Origin: Nitrospirales bacterium
GTDB lineage: Bacteria > Nitrospirota > Nitrospiria > Nitrospirales > UBA8639
NCBI GenBank assembly: GCA_963422365.1
Contig: OY729426.1
Span: 448,001 to 512,000, forward strand
Direction of reading: 5' to 3'
DNA length: 64,000 nucleotides
Shown: positions 28,744 through 39,019 of the stretch, in pieces
Position numbering within the stretch: position 1 is the stretch's first letter
How the letters are laid out: every line of letters starts with the position of its first letter
Notes under the pieces: generated by a model
The model's input: only the letters and a program-made list of their open reading frames with translations
Databases searched by the model: none
What the model was told of the DNA's origin: nothing
Made by a program: the position numbers and the translations under genes

Positions 28744-28865
28744 CCCCCTCATTGTACATCAGTCGGTCGTCACTTAGCGACACGGGTGTCTCTTGTAGCA
28801 GCCAGCAGGGCCACACCCTGCGGCAATGGTCAGGGGGGGGCGGAAACATCGCCCCTCATTTCTTC

Positions 28866-30296
28866 CTATTTCACCAACGTCTTGATGTAATGAATCAATT
28901 GCCAGATATGATTATCGGGCATATTGGGAAAGGCCATCATGCCGGTACGTTTGGAGCCGTGTTTAATGATCCAAAACATCTGACCATCGGAAAGATCCTG
29001 CATGGTTTTCCCACACGTAAAGTTCCGTGGAGGCGGATGCAAGGCGGCTCCCATTGGTCCCTGTCCATCACCTTTGGTTCCATGACAGTTGAAACATGCC
29101 AAGGGTTGAGCCGTTTGCTGGAACAACGTTTCGCCAGCTTTCACGTTGGCTGCATTCGCCGGTAAGGGATTCGTCATGTTTTGAAACTTTCCCGGAGCCC
29201 GCTTGGTCTTGCGTGGCTGTGGGCATACCCCTGACGGGCCCCTCCCCGTTGTGGCAGACGTCATGTCCGGCACTCCCTTAAACGTCGCTTTCAGATACGC
29301 AATGACGTCCGCCACCCCCTGCTGGCCAATCGTGAGTCCCCAATACGGCATGTTGGTGGACTTTCCAACGCTTCGCCCACCATGATAGATCACGTTGTAG
29401 AGATAGTCCGTCGGCAACTTGTCAAAGGCCATCTTGGCATGCACCGCAGGCTTGGGACTCAACCCTGACGCAGCCGGACCATCACCCTCTCCCGTCGCGC
29501 CATGACATTGCGAACAGTACTCTTGATACATCACCATTCCCCGATCCACGCTTGCCTGCGCAAACTCTTGGCTGGTCCAGGGCTCGTAATAGCTGAAATC
29601 CTGAACGCCCAAGGTCAGGAGATACCCGACAATCGCCCGCACGCCGAATTCCGTGGCATCCGCCAAAAATTCTCCGCTGTGAGGCGTAAAGTCTTGGGGA
29701 TTGATCGCAAACCGGAAGAGCCAATCTGGATTATAGCGTCGCCCGGCCTCTGCTAAGTCGGCACTGTGCGGGGCACCGACCAGTTGCCCATTTTCCTCAA
29801 CGGTATGGCATCCGATGCAGGCATGCTCCTTGTACGCCAGGGCGCCGAACTCCGCTTCCTTTTTGGTCACCTTTGAAACGTCGAACGCGTCGATTTTCAC
29901 CCGCGGATCAATCAGGGTTTTTTCAAAATAATCAGTAAGCGCTTCCGCTTGCTCTTGTGTCACGGTGATGTGGACATCGGGGTCTTGACCTTGATCCCAC
30001 CGATAGCTTTTTGCATACAACCTTTTTTCTTTCCCGGTGAGAAACCCGACCAGCCATTTGTGCTGGTACTTGTTCCCAGCCCACATCAAATCCGGAGCTT
30101 TCAAATTGAATCGGCTTTCCGGCTCACCTTGAAACTTGTGACAGGTCGAGCAGACATGCTTCACCATCATTTCAACCGGCTGTTCATCGGCAGCCCAAAG
30201 AGGGGAGAATGCGAACAGGCTCATACAGGCCCCGACGATCGCAACCCTGTATGTCGTTCCCATCATTTTCGATAAAGACCGGAACTGATGCTTCAT
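28866..30296 (-). CDS. Tetraheme multi-domain c-type cytochrome
   Basis: Signal peptide; four CXXCH (CSTCH, CIGCH, CSQCH, CFNCH); GAGAAG SD-like sequence before ATG 30296. Confidence 0.9.
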   Translation of the reverse strand: MKHQFRSLSKMMGTTYRVAIVGACMSLFAFSPLWAADEQPVEMMVKHVCSTCHKFQGEPESRFNLKAPDLMWAGNKYQHKWLVGFLTGKEKRLYAKSYRWDQGQDPDVHITVTQEQAEALTDYFEKTLIDPRVKIDAFDVSKVTKKEAEFGALAYKEHACIGCHTVEENGQLVGAPHSADLAEAGRRYNPDWLFRFAINPQDFTPHSGEFLADATEFGVRAIVGYLLTLGVQDFSYYEPWTSQEFAQASVDRGMVMYQEYCSQCHGATGEGDGPAASGLSPKPAVHAKMAFDKLPTDYLYNVIYHGGRSVGKSTNMPYWGLTIGQQGVADVIAYLKATFKGVPDMTSATTGRGPSGVCPQPRKTKRAPGKFQNMTNPLPANAANVKAGETLFQQTAQPLACFNCHGTKGDGQGPMGAALHPPPRNFTCGKTMQDLSDGQMFWIIKHGSKRTGMMAFPNMPDNHIWQLIHYIKTLVK

Positions 30297-30310
30297 GTCG
30301 ACTTCTCCCT

Positions 30311-30778
30311 CTACGACTTCATGACAACGTGTGACGTTCGGCCCAATGCACGCACATACAACAGAACGTACCAGGCTTCTTCTTCCGTCAACACAAGCGG
30401 AATAAACGGAGCCATATCCGTGCCAGGGCTTCCATTTTTCAAAATCCAAAACAGTTCGCCATCCGTTCGCGCGGCTTGCCAAACCTTATCTGTAAAGTTT
30501 CTCGGCAATGTTCCGCGCAGTCCTGGAATATCGCCCAGCCCTTTGCCATCCTTCCCATGGCACGTCACGCAAAAGGCTTTGCCCTGAAAAATCTTTTTCC
30601 CTTTTTCAATAGTTTCAGAAGTACTGGGGAAAGGGTTCTGCCACGTCTTGGCTTCCTCAATCTGATCAGGCGGCACGCGCGGCTTGAGAACCATAGAATC
30701 AGCCCCCAAGACCACCGACCCTCCCATCAAAAACACAACCAAGACAGCGCTCGCCCATTGTTGGCCCGTGAATCGCAT
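30311..30778 (-). CDS. Monoheme c-type cytochrome
   Basis: Signal peptide, CVTCH, PRNFT, DGELFWILKNGSPGTDM. Confidence 0.9.
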   Translation of the reverse strand: MRFTGQQWASAVLVVFLMGGSVVLGADSMVLKPRVPPDQIEEAKTWQNPFPSTSETIEKGKKIFQGKAFCVTCHGKDGKGLGDIPGLRGTLPRNFTDKVWQAARTDGELFWILKNGSPGTDMAPFIPLVLTEEEAWYVLLYVRALGRTSHVVMKS

Positions 30779-30859
30779 CAGACCCTTCCTTTTGTCAAAA
30801 AACCTGGCGGGAGAGGAACGGTGCGGGAAATGATGCGTTCTCCCGCACCGGCCAAGACG

Positions 30860-31378
30860 CTACTCGGTTCGAAATTGATGACCGATCGCATTCGGAATGG
30901 TCACCGTTCCATCAGGAACTTTTTGGCCTGGTTGCCAGAGATGGTAGATGATGCCGTCGGTTTTCGCGGCAGCGGCGGCAATTTCCTTCACCTTGTTTTC
31001 ATCCGCGATGTCTAAAATTTGTACGCGCCCAGTAGCAATTTCTACGGCATGGTCATGGAAATTTCTGTTCCATGTGATAAGCGGGACTTCGTTGCGGGCC
31101 AAGTCTTTGGCCACGAAGTATTCCACCGCGACCAAAGGGGCCTTGGGATCGGTGGACGGAAAGAGCACACATTGGATGATTTCATTAGAAATGCCTTTGC
31201 AATAATGGTGGAATGGCCCGCCGATTGATCCATCAGCCATCATGTGTGGAGCTTGAACGTGGAGATCAAAGCCATCCGACGGACCATTGCCCTCACTGAT
31301 GGCTGGAGTGCTCATCCCTCCAATGAAGAAGAAACTGAGAAGCCCGATGAAACTCATTGCGCGAACAGAATACAACAT
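30860..31378 (-). CDS. Secreted DUF1264-like protein
   Basis: HHYCK..IQCVLF...APLVAVEYFV..W...HDH pattern; signal peptide; SD GGGAGG. Confidence 0.7.
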   Translation of the reverse strand: MLYSVRAMSFIGLLSFFFIGGMSTPAISEGNGPSDGFDLHVQAPHMMADGSIGGPFHHYCKGISNEIIQCVLFPSTDPKAPLVAVEYFVAKDLARNEVPLITWNRNFHDHAVEIATGRVQILDIADENKVKEIAAAAAKTDGIIYHLWQPGQKVPDGTVTIPNAIGHQFRTE

Positions 31379-31459
31379 TGTCTACCTCCCTGTGGTTGAT
31401 GTGGTTGAATATGAATATGCATAAAGCTCCCACCCCGAATGAATGGAAACACGTTGGGG

Positions 31460-33130
31460 CTAAGAATTCGCAGCCACCAACGAGTGAAAAGTCGGGTCGG
31501 TTTCCACCAACCCTTTCAAAGTATCATTTTGCAGGAGAAAGACCCAGGATCGGTCTGTGGCTCCTGGAATCTGCTGATACCAGTGTCGCGCTTCCTTCAA
31601 CAGTTCGAACATCGCCTGATTATCACGTTTGGGGCGAAAGGCTAAACTGTACGCCTGCGCATAGGCTGCGGAGAATTTGAGCAAGGGATCAGAGGACAAC
31701 GTAAAGGCTTCAGCCGCTTCTTCGTAACCTTGAACAAGATCAGGATCATCAAAATGCCGACTCCAAGCGACGTTACTGATTCGCGACCAGGCAAGAGCCA
31801 ACAACACCCTCGCACGCAGTTGGGGTTGATCCGTCGGCAATTCGGAGAGCAATTGTTGAGGGACCATGATGGACGTGAACTCATCATTCGTCCACCGATA
31901 GGCCATGCTCAGTTTCAATCGCATTTCAAAATCCCCGGGTTGTAAATCAACTAAGGTTTCCATCGCGGGAATCAAGCGGTACAGATAATCGGCTGGTGTC
32001 GGGGCGAGTTTTCCCCCCATTTCCATATCAAGGGAAATATCCATCCGGTCGGTTTGCGACTGGATGGTCCAATAGAGAGCATTAAATTCTTGATAAAGAC
32101 GGTCGCTCTCCACCTGAACGCCATGAATCCGTACTCCAAAATCCAGCAGACCGGTATAGAGTTCTGAGGTAATGGCTTGTAACCCCTCCACGTACGAGGG
32201 GTTGACTGCCAAAACCCGGTTGAGCATAGAGATCCGCTCCCGACGCGTCGGCAACGTCTTCGCCCGTGTGACCCCTGCCGCCAATGCCGCTTGCGCTTCA
32301 TTCGGACTCCAAAATTCCGTGGATTTCTGCTCAAACCCTCCGGCGTCGACCACAAAGGGAATCGGTGTCCCCATGGAAGACGTCAGAGGAATGTTGAGGA
32401 CGGCGGTATCCACGGGAAATCCATGCTGGAATAACCCCGACAACACGACCCATTTCACGGTTACGGCCTTTATCGGATGCATCGGTTTTTTATACGGCAC
32501 GACCCAATCTTGTTGACCGGAACCATGGGCCGCTGGTGACGTCATCGGATCAGGGTACGCAATTCGTACCCGGACCAACGAAGTCGGCACAGCAACCACA
32601 CGATCTGACCCTGGAACCTGAAAGGAAGCATGGGGGAGCGGTCCCGTACTGAGCACTTCCAGGGTAAACCCGGGAGACTCGGACATGGCACCGATCTCTG
32701 GCATCACAAAAAAGGAAGGGGCTCGCTGATGTGCACGGGTTTCCGAGATTTCGAATCGTTTGAAATCTTGAAAATTCACCAATTTTCCAACACCAGGCCA
32801 TAACTCATCCAGTGCCCGGTTGCGGCTCTCGATCACTTCCGCATGCGCGTGAACAAGCCGATCCCAACACCAGGGATACACCGGATCAGAGCCAGGGGGA
32901 AAATGCCCTTCCCCTGTGGCGCCGGCCTTCACCATCTTCAATAAACAGACAAAATCGTTTTGGGCCACTTGAGCGGGATTCCGGCCAGACACGGCGTGGA
33001 CGTAATTGTGGACCACCTGCACTGCCGCCTGACTTTGTGCAGCCGGAACAGGCTCTGCCGCATGCGAAGGATTGCCCGCACCTAACCCAAACAGCCCGAC
33101 AAGAAAGGCCACTAGGCTGAGACCTCGCAT
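31460..33130 (-). CDS. Secreted hypothetical protein with helical/TPR-like C-terminus
   Basis: Long ORF; signal peptide from MRGLSLVAF; no family recognised. Confidence 0.7.
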   Translation of the reverse strand: MRGLSLVAFLVGLFGLGAGNPSHAAEPVPAAQSQAAVQVVHNYVHAVSGRNPAQVAQNDFVCLLKMVKAGATGEGHFPPGSDPVYPWCWDRLVHAHAEVIESRNRALDELWPGVGKLVNFQDFKRFEISETRAHQRAPSFFVMPEIGAMSESPGFTLEVLSTGPLPHASFQVPGSDRVVAVPTSLVRVRIAYPDPMTSPAAHGSGQQDWVVPYKKPMHPIKAVTVKWVVLSGLFQHGFPVDTAVLNIPLTSSMGTPIPFVVDAGGFEQKSTEFWSPNEAQAALAAGVTRAKTLPTRRERISMLNRVLAVNPSYVEGLQAITSELYTGLLDFGVRIHGVQVESDRLYQEFNALYWTIQSQTDRMDISLDMEMGGKLAPTPADYLYRLIPAMETLVDLQPGDFEMRLKLSMAYRWTNDEFTSIMVPQQLLSELPTDQPQLRARVLLALAWSRISNVAWSRHFDDPDLVQGYEEAAEAFTLSSDPLLKFSAAYAQAYSLAFRPKRDNQAMFELLKEARHWYQQIPGATDRSWVFLLQNDTLKGLVETDPTFHSLVAANS

Positions 33131-33269
33131 CTTGAAACCCAGGGATTGCACTTGGCGGTCTGCGTGAATCCGTCCCCTGTATCGACAATGAACCATGCGG
33201 TACCTCATACACACTTCTCCTTTTCAACACCATACATAGAGCCCAACAACTCATTTCACTCTAGCATAT

Positions 33270-33713
33270 TCATGAGCCGTCCACCACAATCATCCCGTTC
33301 ATCATATGCCCGGGCAAGTCACAGAAAAAAGGAAAGGAGCCTGCTTCCTTCGACACAAACACCAACTCGGCTTGACCGTCTGAAGGAATCAACACTCGGC
33401 GGAGTCCATCTTTGCCAAACTGTGGCGCCCCGTCACCACTCACTTGGACATTCGTCCGAATCAAGAGATTCGTGGGAACAAAAGCATGGAGCTCAACATC
33501 TTCGTTCTTCAGGATAAGACGAACGCGTTGCCCAACCCGAAGGTGCACCACATGGGGAAGAAACCGACGGCTCTCGATGCGAATCGTCATGGCAATATCT
33601 TCCTGCCCCAGCGCCTTGGCGGGCACAAACTCACCAAAGCCGATTCTCTGGCTCCCACCCCACACGCCGCACACCAAGGCCAGAAGAACACCGGCACGCT
33701 TGAATGTATTCAT
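33270..33713 (-). CDS. Cupredoxin-domain protein
   Basis: NEDVELHAF and GSFPFFCDLPGH-M-GM type-1 copper-like ligands; signal peptide. Confidence 0.8.
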   Translation of the reverse strand: MNTFKRAGVLLALVCGVWGGSQRIGFGEFVPAKALGQEDIAMTIRIESRRFLPHVVHLRVGQRVRLILKNEDVELHAFVPTNLLIRTNVQVSGDGAPQFGKDGLRRVLIPSDGQAELVFVSKEAGSFPFFCDLPGHMMNGMIVVDGS

Positions 33714-33989
33714 CAGTCCAATATTGCTTTCTCGCCGTAGCTCCAATAGATCAAATACGTATTCAGTGTAACAAAGTCTCCGAAATCCGCACAAATGGAC
33801 TCGTCAGGACACGTCGTCATCATGAGTCATCAGGCACAGGGTGGGACCTTCACGCACACGCTCAGGTACTTTTTCCGACTGCACGACTCGCCGATGAGTT
33901 GCAGAACACTCCTCTGGCCACAGGCCCTTGCATCCACATCCAGCCCTGCGTACAATCGCCGGTATCGTGATCAATTCATGGGATAAAAA

Positions 33990-34700
33990 ATGATTAAGCT
34001 GATTCGCGAAGGATCGATAAAACACCCTTGGATTCTGAAAATCATCATGTTGGTGATCGCGATCACCTTTACCATCGGGATGGGCTGGTTTGGGTATGAC
34101 GCCTCGCAACAACCCAATGTCGTGGCCGTGATTGGGCCGTACCAAGTGGAGTTAGAGGAATTCCGTACGGCGTATAACAGGGCTGACGACTTCTATAGAA
34201 ATCAGCTCAAGCAAGAAGTCCCCGACCGAGAAGAGCTCAAGCAGACTGTCATGAACTCCTTGGTCGAGCAGAACCTGTGGCTCATGGCTGCCGATGATCT
34301 CAATCTGGACGTACATCCGGACGAACTGCGACGGACCATCATGAAGCGCAAGGAATTCCAACAGGATGGGGCATTTGATCCGGAGGTCTACCACCGCCTC
34401 CTAGCTCTCAACAGACTGTCTCCCGCTCAGTTTGAAGAGAGCCTGACCAAAGACCTTCGCAGGCAAAAAGTTCAGCTTCTTGTTCAAGACGTGGCGACCC
34501 TCAATCCCGTAGAGGAAGAAGAAGTCAAAGCACTTGCCGCGCGACAAACCGCGGACATGGAAGACGAACAAGAAATCGAAAAGATCACCGCCCGCATCCA
34601 GCTGCAACTCCTGATCCAAAAGAAACAGCGTGCCCTCGAAGCCTTCCAAAACGCCATGCGCACTTCTTCCGACGTCGAGATTCGGCAAGAATTTCTCTAA
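33990..34700 (+). CDS. SurA N-terminal domain protein (PpiD-like chaperone, no PPIase domain)
   Basis: N-terminal TM, VAVIG...EF..AY, FQQDGAFD..Y..LL. Confidence 0.85.
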   Translation: MIKLIREGSIKHPWILKIIMLVIAITFTIGMGWFGYDASQQPNVVAVIGPYQVELEEFRTAYNRADDFYRNQLKQEVPDREELKQTVMNSLVEQNLWLMAADDLNLDVHPDELRRTIMKRKEFQQDGAFDPEVYHRLLALNRLSPAQFEESLTKDLRRQKVQLLVQDVATLNPVEEEEVKALAARQTADMEDEQEIEKITARIQLQLLIQKKQRALEAFQNAMRTSSDVEIRQEFL

Positions 34701-34813
34701 GTTGTCTACCTCGCGATTGTGGTTCCCCCATCAGTCAAGCTTTGCTTCCTCTGAACGGATAACAACCCCGGAACCAGCCGATTCCTCAAAAACAGAGGAC
34801 CGCCAATATCGTG

Positions 34814-35250
34814 TTACTCCAGCGGATTTCGGACATCCCAAAAATCAAATTTCATGAAATCCCTATCCAGGATGTACAGCTTGAGGACATCATGTTGCTG
34901 CAGAAGAGCAGCCAAATGCGCATCGGGAACCAAGTTTCCACACACGGGAAAGTCTCGCGTGACTTTTCCATAGACTTCGAAAAATCCATCCGCTTCGGAC
35001 AATGGTCTGACCTGAGGTAACCACAGGAGGGCTTGGATATTTCCAAAAGCTTCCTCTGGCGTCAAGGGGTGAGAAAAGATCAGAGGGTGAGTCGCGACAC
35101 GCGAGATAAGCCATCAACGTCGGCCAAGCCGACGTACCACGGCTCCGAATGGATAGTATAATTTTTCAGGAACTCCAGGGCTGACGAATGGTGAGAACTG
35201 GTCAGATCCGATGCATACAAAAAGATATTCGAATCGACGGCATAACTCAC
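34814..35250 (-). pseudogene. vapC: VapC (PIN) toxin, frameshifted
   Basis: SYAVDSNI/LLYASD ... GNLVPDAHLAALL...LDRDFMKF spread over several frames; GTG start overlaps the antitoxin stop. Confidence 0.75.
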
Positions 35251-35485
35251 TTCGTGTTCTCGTCAAGCAGGGCATAAAGGGCCTCTTTGTCGGAAAAATC
35301 AATGCGGGCCTTCATGGAGCGAGACACCCAATGCAGTTTGGATACTCGCGGGGTTTTTCGCCTTTGAAAGAGAGCTTCCGCCAGCCATTGAGACATGATT
35401 GGCCCAATGATCGGTTTTCTCTCTTTTGAAGGGTTTTGAGTTCCTTCAGAAGAAGCCCATCAATGTCAACGGTCGTTCTCGGCAT
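35247..35485 (-). pseudogene. VapB-like antitoxin, frameshifted
   Basis: MPRTTVDIDG.LLKELK.LQKRENRSLGQ / MSQWLAEAL...WVSRSMKARIDFSDKEALYALLD. Confidence 0.7.
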
Positions 35486-35882
35486 GATGAGTTGTAGCGC
35501 ATCTGATGTCAATACGGTGCAGATGGGAATAGCTTTGCCTTTTTTCATCATCGTAGAAGCCGTCATTTGTCAGTTAACAGCAGAATGGTTTTTCGGCTGC
35601 AACGCGTCTAAAAATTTGAACGGCCAATCCGTCTCTCGGATTTCCTTGGGAAAATCACGGCCTTTGAAGTATGCTTTTCACTGCTGCCGTGGGTCACTTC
35701 ATTCATAGAGGCCTCCTCCCAAAAATTGAGGCGTCATAGAGCCTTTCTTCCCATATTTTAAAGGCTTAACCTCAAGTCGTTGGGAACCCACAGACCCTAT
35801 CTTTTAAAGATCCGCTTAAAAAATCCACACTCAATTTGCTTACTGTACGCCGTGCAATTGTCTTGTGATCTGGACCAAATCG

Positions 35883-36122
35883 CTATGCGACATGATGCAT
35901 GTTGTTGGCAAGGTTACGACCACAAGTAGAGGGAGGCAAGGGTTTATCCGTTTTACCGTAAAGCTCGATGATCTCTTCAACAATTTAACACAATTCATCG
36001 AATACTGACTTTTCATCATCACCGTGACATCCCCCATACACCAGGCCGGGAGCGCTGCCGACGTAGCACTGATCCTCTTCCGACCACTCCACGATTTTCA
36101 CGTATCTCGCACTATCCTTCAT
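35883..36122 (-). pseudogene. hicB: HicB-like antitoxin with an in-frame stop
   Basis: MKDSARYVKIVEWSEEDQCYVGSAPGLVYGGCHGDDEKSVFDELC*IVEEIIELY...KPLP; TAA at 35985-35987. Confidence 0.75.
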
Positions 36123-36316
36123 TTTTTTACCTCCTCAATCGCCAGCCGCATGGCTCGAACCTGATAATGCTTGTCATCATCACCAAACCTACCGGCAATG
36201 ATGATTGGTTTCGCAACATTGGGATGAACAAAATTCCTATGGCTACCCTTCCCGCCACGGTTAACGAAACCAACGTGCTCAAGTTCGGCAATAAAGTTTC
36301 TCACCTTTGGTGGCAC
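36119..36316 (-). CDS. hicA: HicA family toxin
   Basis: GF...GGKGSHRNFVHP; ATGA overlap with the hicB start. Confidence 0.85.
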   Translation of the reverse strand: MPPKVRNFIAELEHVGFVNRGGKGSHRNFVHPNVAKPIIIAGRFGDDDKHYQVRAMRLAIEEVKK

Positions 36317-36488
36317 GTATTGATCCTTAGGTTTTTATTGCCTTATTTATTGGGCGTACTCAAATCGTTTCTCAAGGGTAGCATGTGGCATTTGGGAATC
36401 CAAGAAAGAAGGAATCCACGCTTCAGTGCCTATGTCACGGCGCGAATGGTTTTGGTCCTTTTGCCGAAACCCAAAGACGAATCGATCC

Positions 36489-37511
36489 TCATTGAATCAG
36501 CATGGCATCGCCATAGCTATACAACCGATAACGTGCGTTGACGGCTTCTTCGTAAGCGGCTCGCAGTTGGTCAAGGCCGGCGAAGGCCGAGACGAGCATA
36601 AGCAATGTCGTGCGCGGCAGATGAAAATTGGTCAACAGGGCATCGACCATTCTCCATTGAAACCCTGGGGCAATGAACAGTCGGGTCTCCCCCCTACCAG
36701 GCTGAATTTCTCCGGCTTCGTTGACCGCTGATTCCAGCGTCCGAACCGAGGTCGTTCCAACCGCCACGACTCGCCGACCGTCAGCCTTTGCCGCATTGAG
36801 GTACTTGGCCGTTTCCTCGGAAATTTCAAACCATTCGGCATCCATGCGATGGTCTTCGATGTTGTCGACGGTGACGGGACGAAATGTTCCAGGCCCGACG
36901 TGCAGCGTGACGGTCGCAAGTTGGATACCCTTTTGCTTAAGGGCAACGAATAATGGCTCCGTGAAATGCAACCCTGCGGTCGGCGCGGCCACGGCCCCTT
37001 CTGATCGTGCGAAGACCGTTTGATAGGCCTCTTTGTCCTGCTCATTCGCCGGACGTTTGATATAGGGTGGGAGAGGCACTTCTCCTATCCTGTCGAGAAG
37101 ATCTTTGATGGACCGTTGCGTCTCGATCCGAAGGACCGTTCGTTCCGGACTCCGTTCCAAGACCTCGGCGGTCGCCTCATCTTGAAATTGCACGATCTGG
37201 CCAATGGCGACATGGCCTTTCAACAAGACGACCCAAATCGCTTCCTCCAAAGGCCGGACGAATAACACTTCGACCTTGCCACCGCTTGGCTGTTTGGTGC
37301 CGGACAGTCTGGCGGGCATCACCTTCGTGTTATTCAACACCACCACGTCATCGGACCGCAACAAGTTTGGCAGATCGTGCACCCGCGTATGTTGAAACGC
37401 AGCATCCCTCTTTCGCGGCACGACCAACAGCCGAGCATGATCTCTCGGAGAAACCGGGTGATCGGCAATCAGTGATTCATCAAAAGGAAAGTTAAACTCG
37501 GAAAGTCGCAT
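36489..37511 (-). CDS. queA: S-adenosylmethionine:tRNA ribosyltransferase-isomerase
   Basis: PLPPYIKR, YQTVFA..GAVAAPTAGLHF, LHVGPGTF, VGTTSVRTLE, TNFHLP, YSYGDAM. Confidence 0.97.
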   Translation of the reverse strand: MRLSEFNFPFDESLIADHPVSPRDHARLLVVPRKRDAAFQHTRVHDLPNLLRSDDVVVLNNTKVMPARLSGTKQPSGGKVEVLFVRPLEEAIWVVLLKGHVAIGQIVQFQDEATAEVLERSPERTVLRIETQRSIKDLLDRIGEVPLPPYIKRPANEQDKEAYQTVFARSEGAVAAPTAGLHFTEPLFVALKQKGIQLATVTLHVGPGTFRPVTVDNIEDHRMDAEWFEISEETAKYLNAAKADGRRVVAVGTTSVRTLESAVNEAGEIQPGRGETRLFIAPGFQWRMVDALLTNFHLPRTTLLMLVSAFAGLDQLRAAYEEAVNARYRLYSYGDAMLIQ

Positions 37512-37581
37512 AGCGGATACCCATGTCAACGAAAATGAGGCAGGGCCATCAAGCACAAGGTGGGAGGGCTGCGGGAAGCGG

Positions 37582-38766
37582 CTATAAAGCAGGTGGGGAC
37601 ATGATGACCTGATCGCGTGGCAGGATCTCCGTTCCCGGATAGTAATAGGACAGGATGGTTTGATAGGGATAACCCAACTCAGCCATTTCCTTGGCACCCC
37701 ATTGACAAAGGCCCACCCCATGCCCCGCCCCTTTTCCTGTCAACACCACGTCTCTGTTAATCCGTTCAATAGCAAACTGGGTACTGAACACTCTGGAATA
37801 CCCGAGGATACGTCGAAACTCTTGCCCTGTGACAATGAGTGCTCCTTGGGAATGCAGGATCCTGACGTCCTTGACCCGACCGGCGTCAGTCATGCGATAG
37901 GGCGTAAGCGTCGCGAGCCAACCAATAGAATACCCTTCATTTCTGAGTCGGGATTCGACCGTATCAAACGGGATGGCGACTTGCCATTGATACCGAGGCG
38001 CCTCCTGATCAAATGGACAATCCACCCCTTTTAAATAGGGCAAATCTTTGGACCACACATTCATGGCATCTTCCGTGGGCCCGGCAGCCGTGGACGAATA
38101 GGCTGCAAAAATAGGGCGGCCTTCATAGGTGAGGACTTGGCCACGCGTTTGGCTCACGGCATCGAGTACGGCGTGATTAACATGTTGACGTCCCGTATAC
38201 ACTTGATCCTGGACACTCGCGTAGACGTCAAACGGTTGGCTCTCAGTTTCCAGTTTCTTATGCAACACATAGGTCCGTGCAGCCACGGCCTGGGTCTTCA
38301 AGAGTTCTTCGTGCCAACCGGGGTTGACTTCCGAACTCACGACTCCAGCGACATACTCTTCGAGATCAACCAGGTTCACGACCAAGAGGGACGCCCCCTG
38401 GACCGTGAGATCGAGACCACCAGGAACCACCCACTGTTGCCTCGTCGAACCAAGGGCATGTCCTTGGAGTGTGACCTCCAGATCCTTGTGTGTCCCGTGA
38501 ATCGCAAGACGGCTGCCTCGCACTCGGTCGTGATCGACTTGCAACTCATTCCCCTTCCGAATAATCGTCACCCCGGAAGCGACATCGACTCGATCTCCGG
38601 AAGGCAGTTCAAGACGAAGGGCTCCTGCAGAAGCGACCGTGACATGGTCGGCCTGTTCAGAAAGCACAACTCGAATACGATCCGATGCGTGAGCCAAGGC
38701 GAGAAAAGGACTTAGCCCCACACTGATGAACAGCAGAAGGATTCTGACCGGGAAGGAGAGAAACAT
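37582..38766 (-). CDS. SpoIID/LytB domain protein
   Basis: LEEYVAGVV..E, LKTQAVAARTY, DQVY.G, G.GHGVGLCQWGA, IL.YYYPG. Confidence 0.92.
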   Translation of the reverse strand: MFLSFPVRILLLFISVGLSPFLALAHASDRIRVVLSEQADHVTVASAGALRLELPSGDRVDVASGVTIIRKGNELQVDHDRVRGSRLAIHGTHKDLEVTLQGHALGSTRQQWVVPGGLDLTVQGASLLVVNLVDLEEYVAGVVSSEVNPGWHEELLKTQAVAARTYVLHKKLETESQPFDVYASVQDQVYTGRQHVNHAVLDAVSQTRGQVLTYEGRPIFAAYSSTAAGPTEDAMNVWSKDLPYLKGVDCPFDQEAPRYQWQVAIPFDTVESRLRNEGYSIGWLATLTPYRMTDAGRVKDVRILHSQGALIVTGQEFRRILGYSRVFSTQFAIERINRDVVLTGKGAGHGVGLCQWGAKEMAELGYPYQTILSYYYPGTEILPRDQVIMSPPAL

Positions 38767-38769
38767 GCC

Positions 38770-39015
38770 TCACCGTTTCATGAGGAAATAGAGGAGGAGA
38801 CTTCCCACAATGCTGATGATGATACTGGTACTCAGGGGAAAATAAAAGGTGAAATTGTCCCGCTTGATGCAAAGATCCCCTGGAAGCTTTCCCAGCCAGC
38901 CGAGATCGATCCCGTCACTCGGCCACTTGCCGATCAGCGAGATGATGAGGCCGAGGGCGACAATCCCCACACCCAGAAAGATGAGTATTTTCCCAAAACC
39001 GTTGAACTCCGGCAT
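38770..39015 (-). CDS. DUF2905 small membrane protein
   Basis: LGKLPGD.....NFTFYFPL.TSIIIS. Confidence 0.88.
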   Translation of the reverse strand: MPEFNGFGKILIFLGVGIVALGLIISLIGKWPSDGIDLGWLGKLPGDLCIKRDNFTFYFPLSTSIIISIVGSLLLYFLMKR

Positions 39016-39019
39016 TGGC

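Noticed and set aside
30808..30850. Hairpin with an alternative pairing partner between the DUF1264-like and cytochrome genes
   Set aside because: Single instance without the conserved leader motif; probably an ordinary terminator or stabilising stem.
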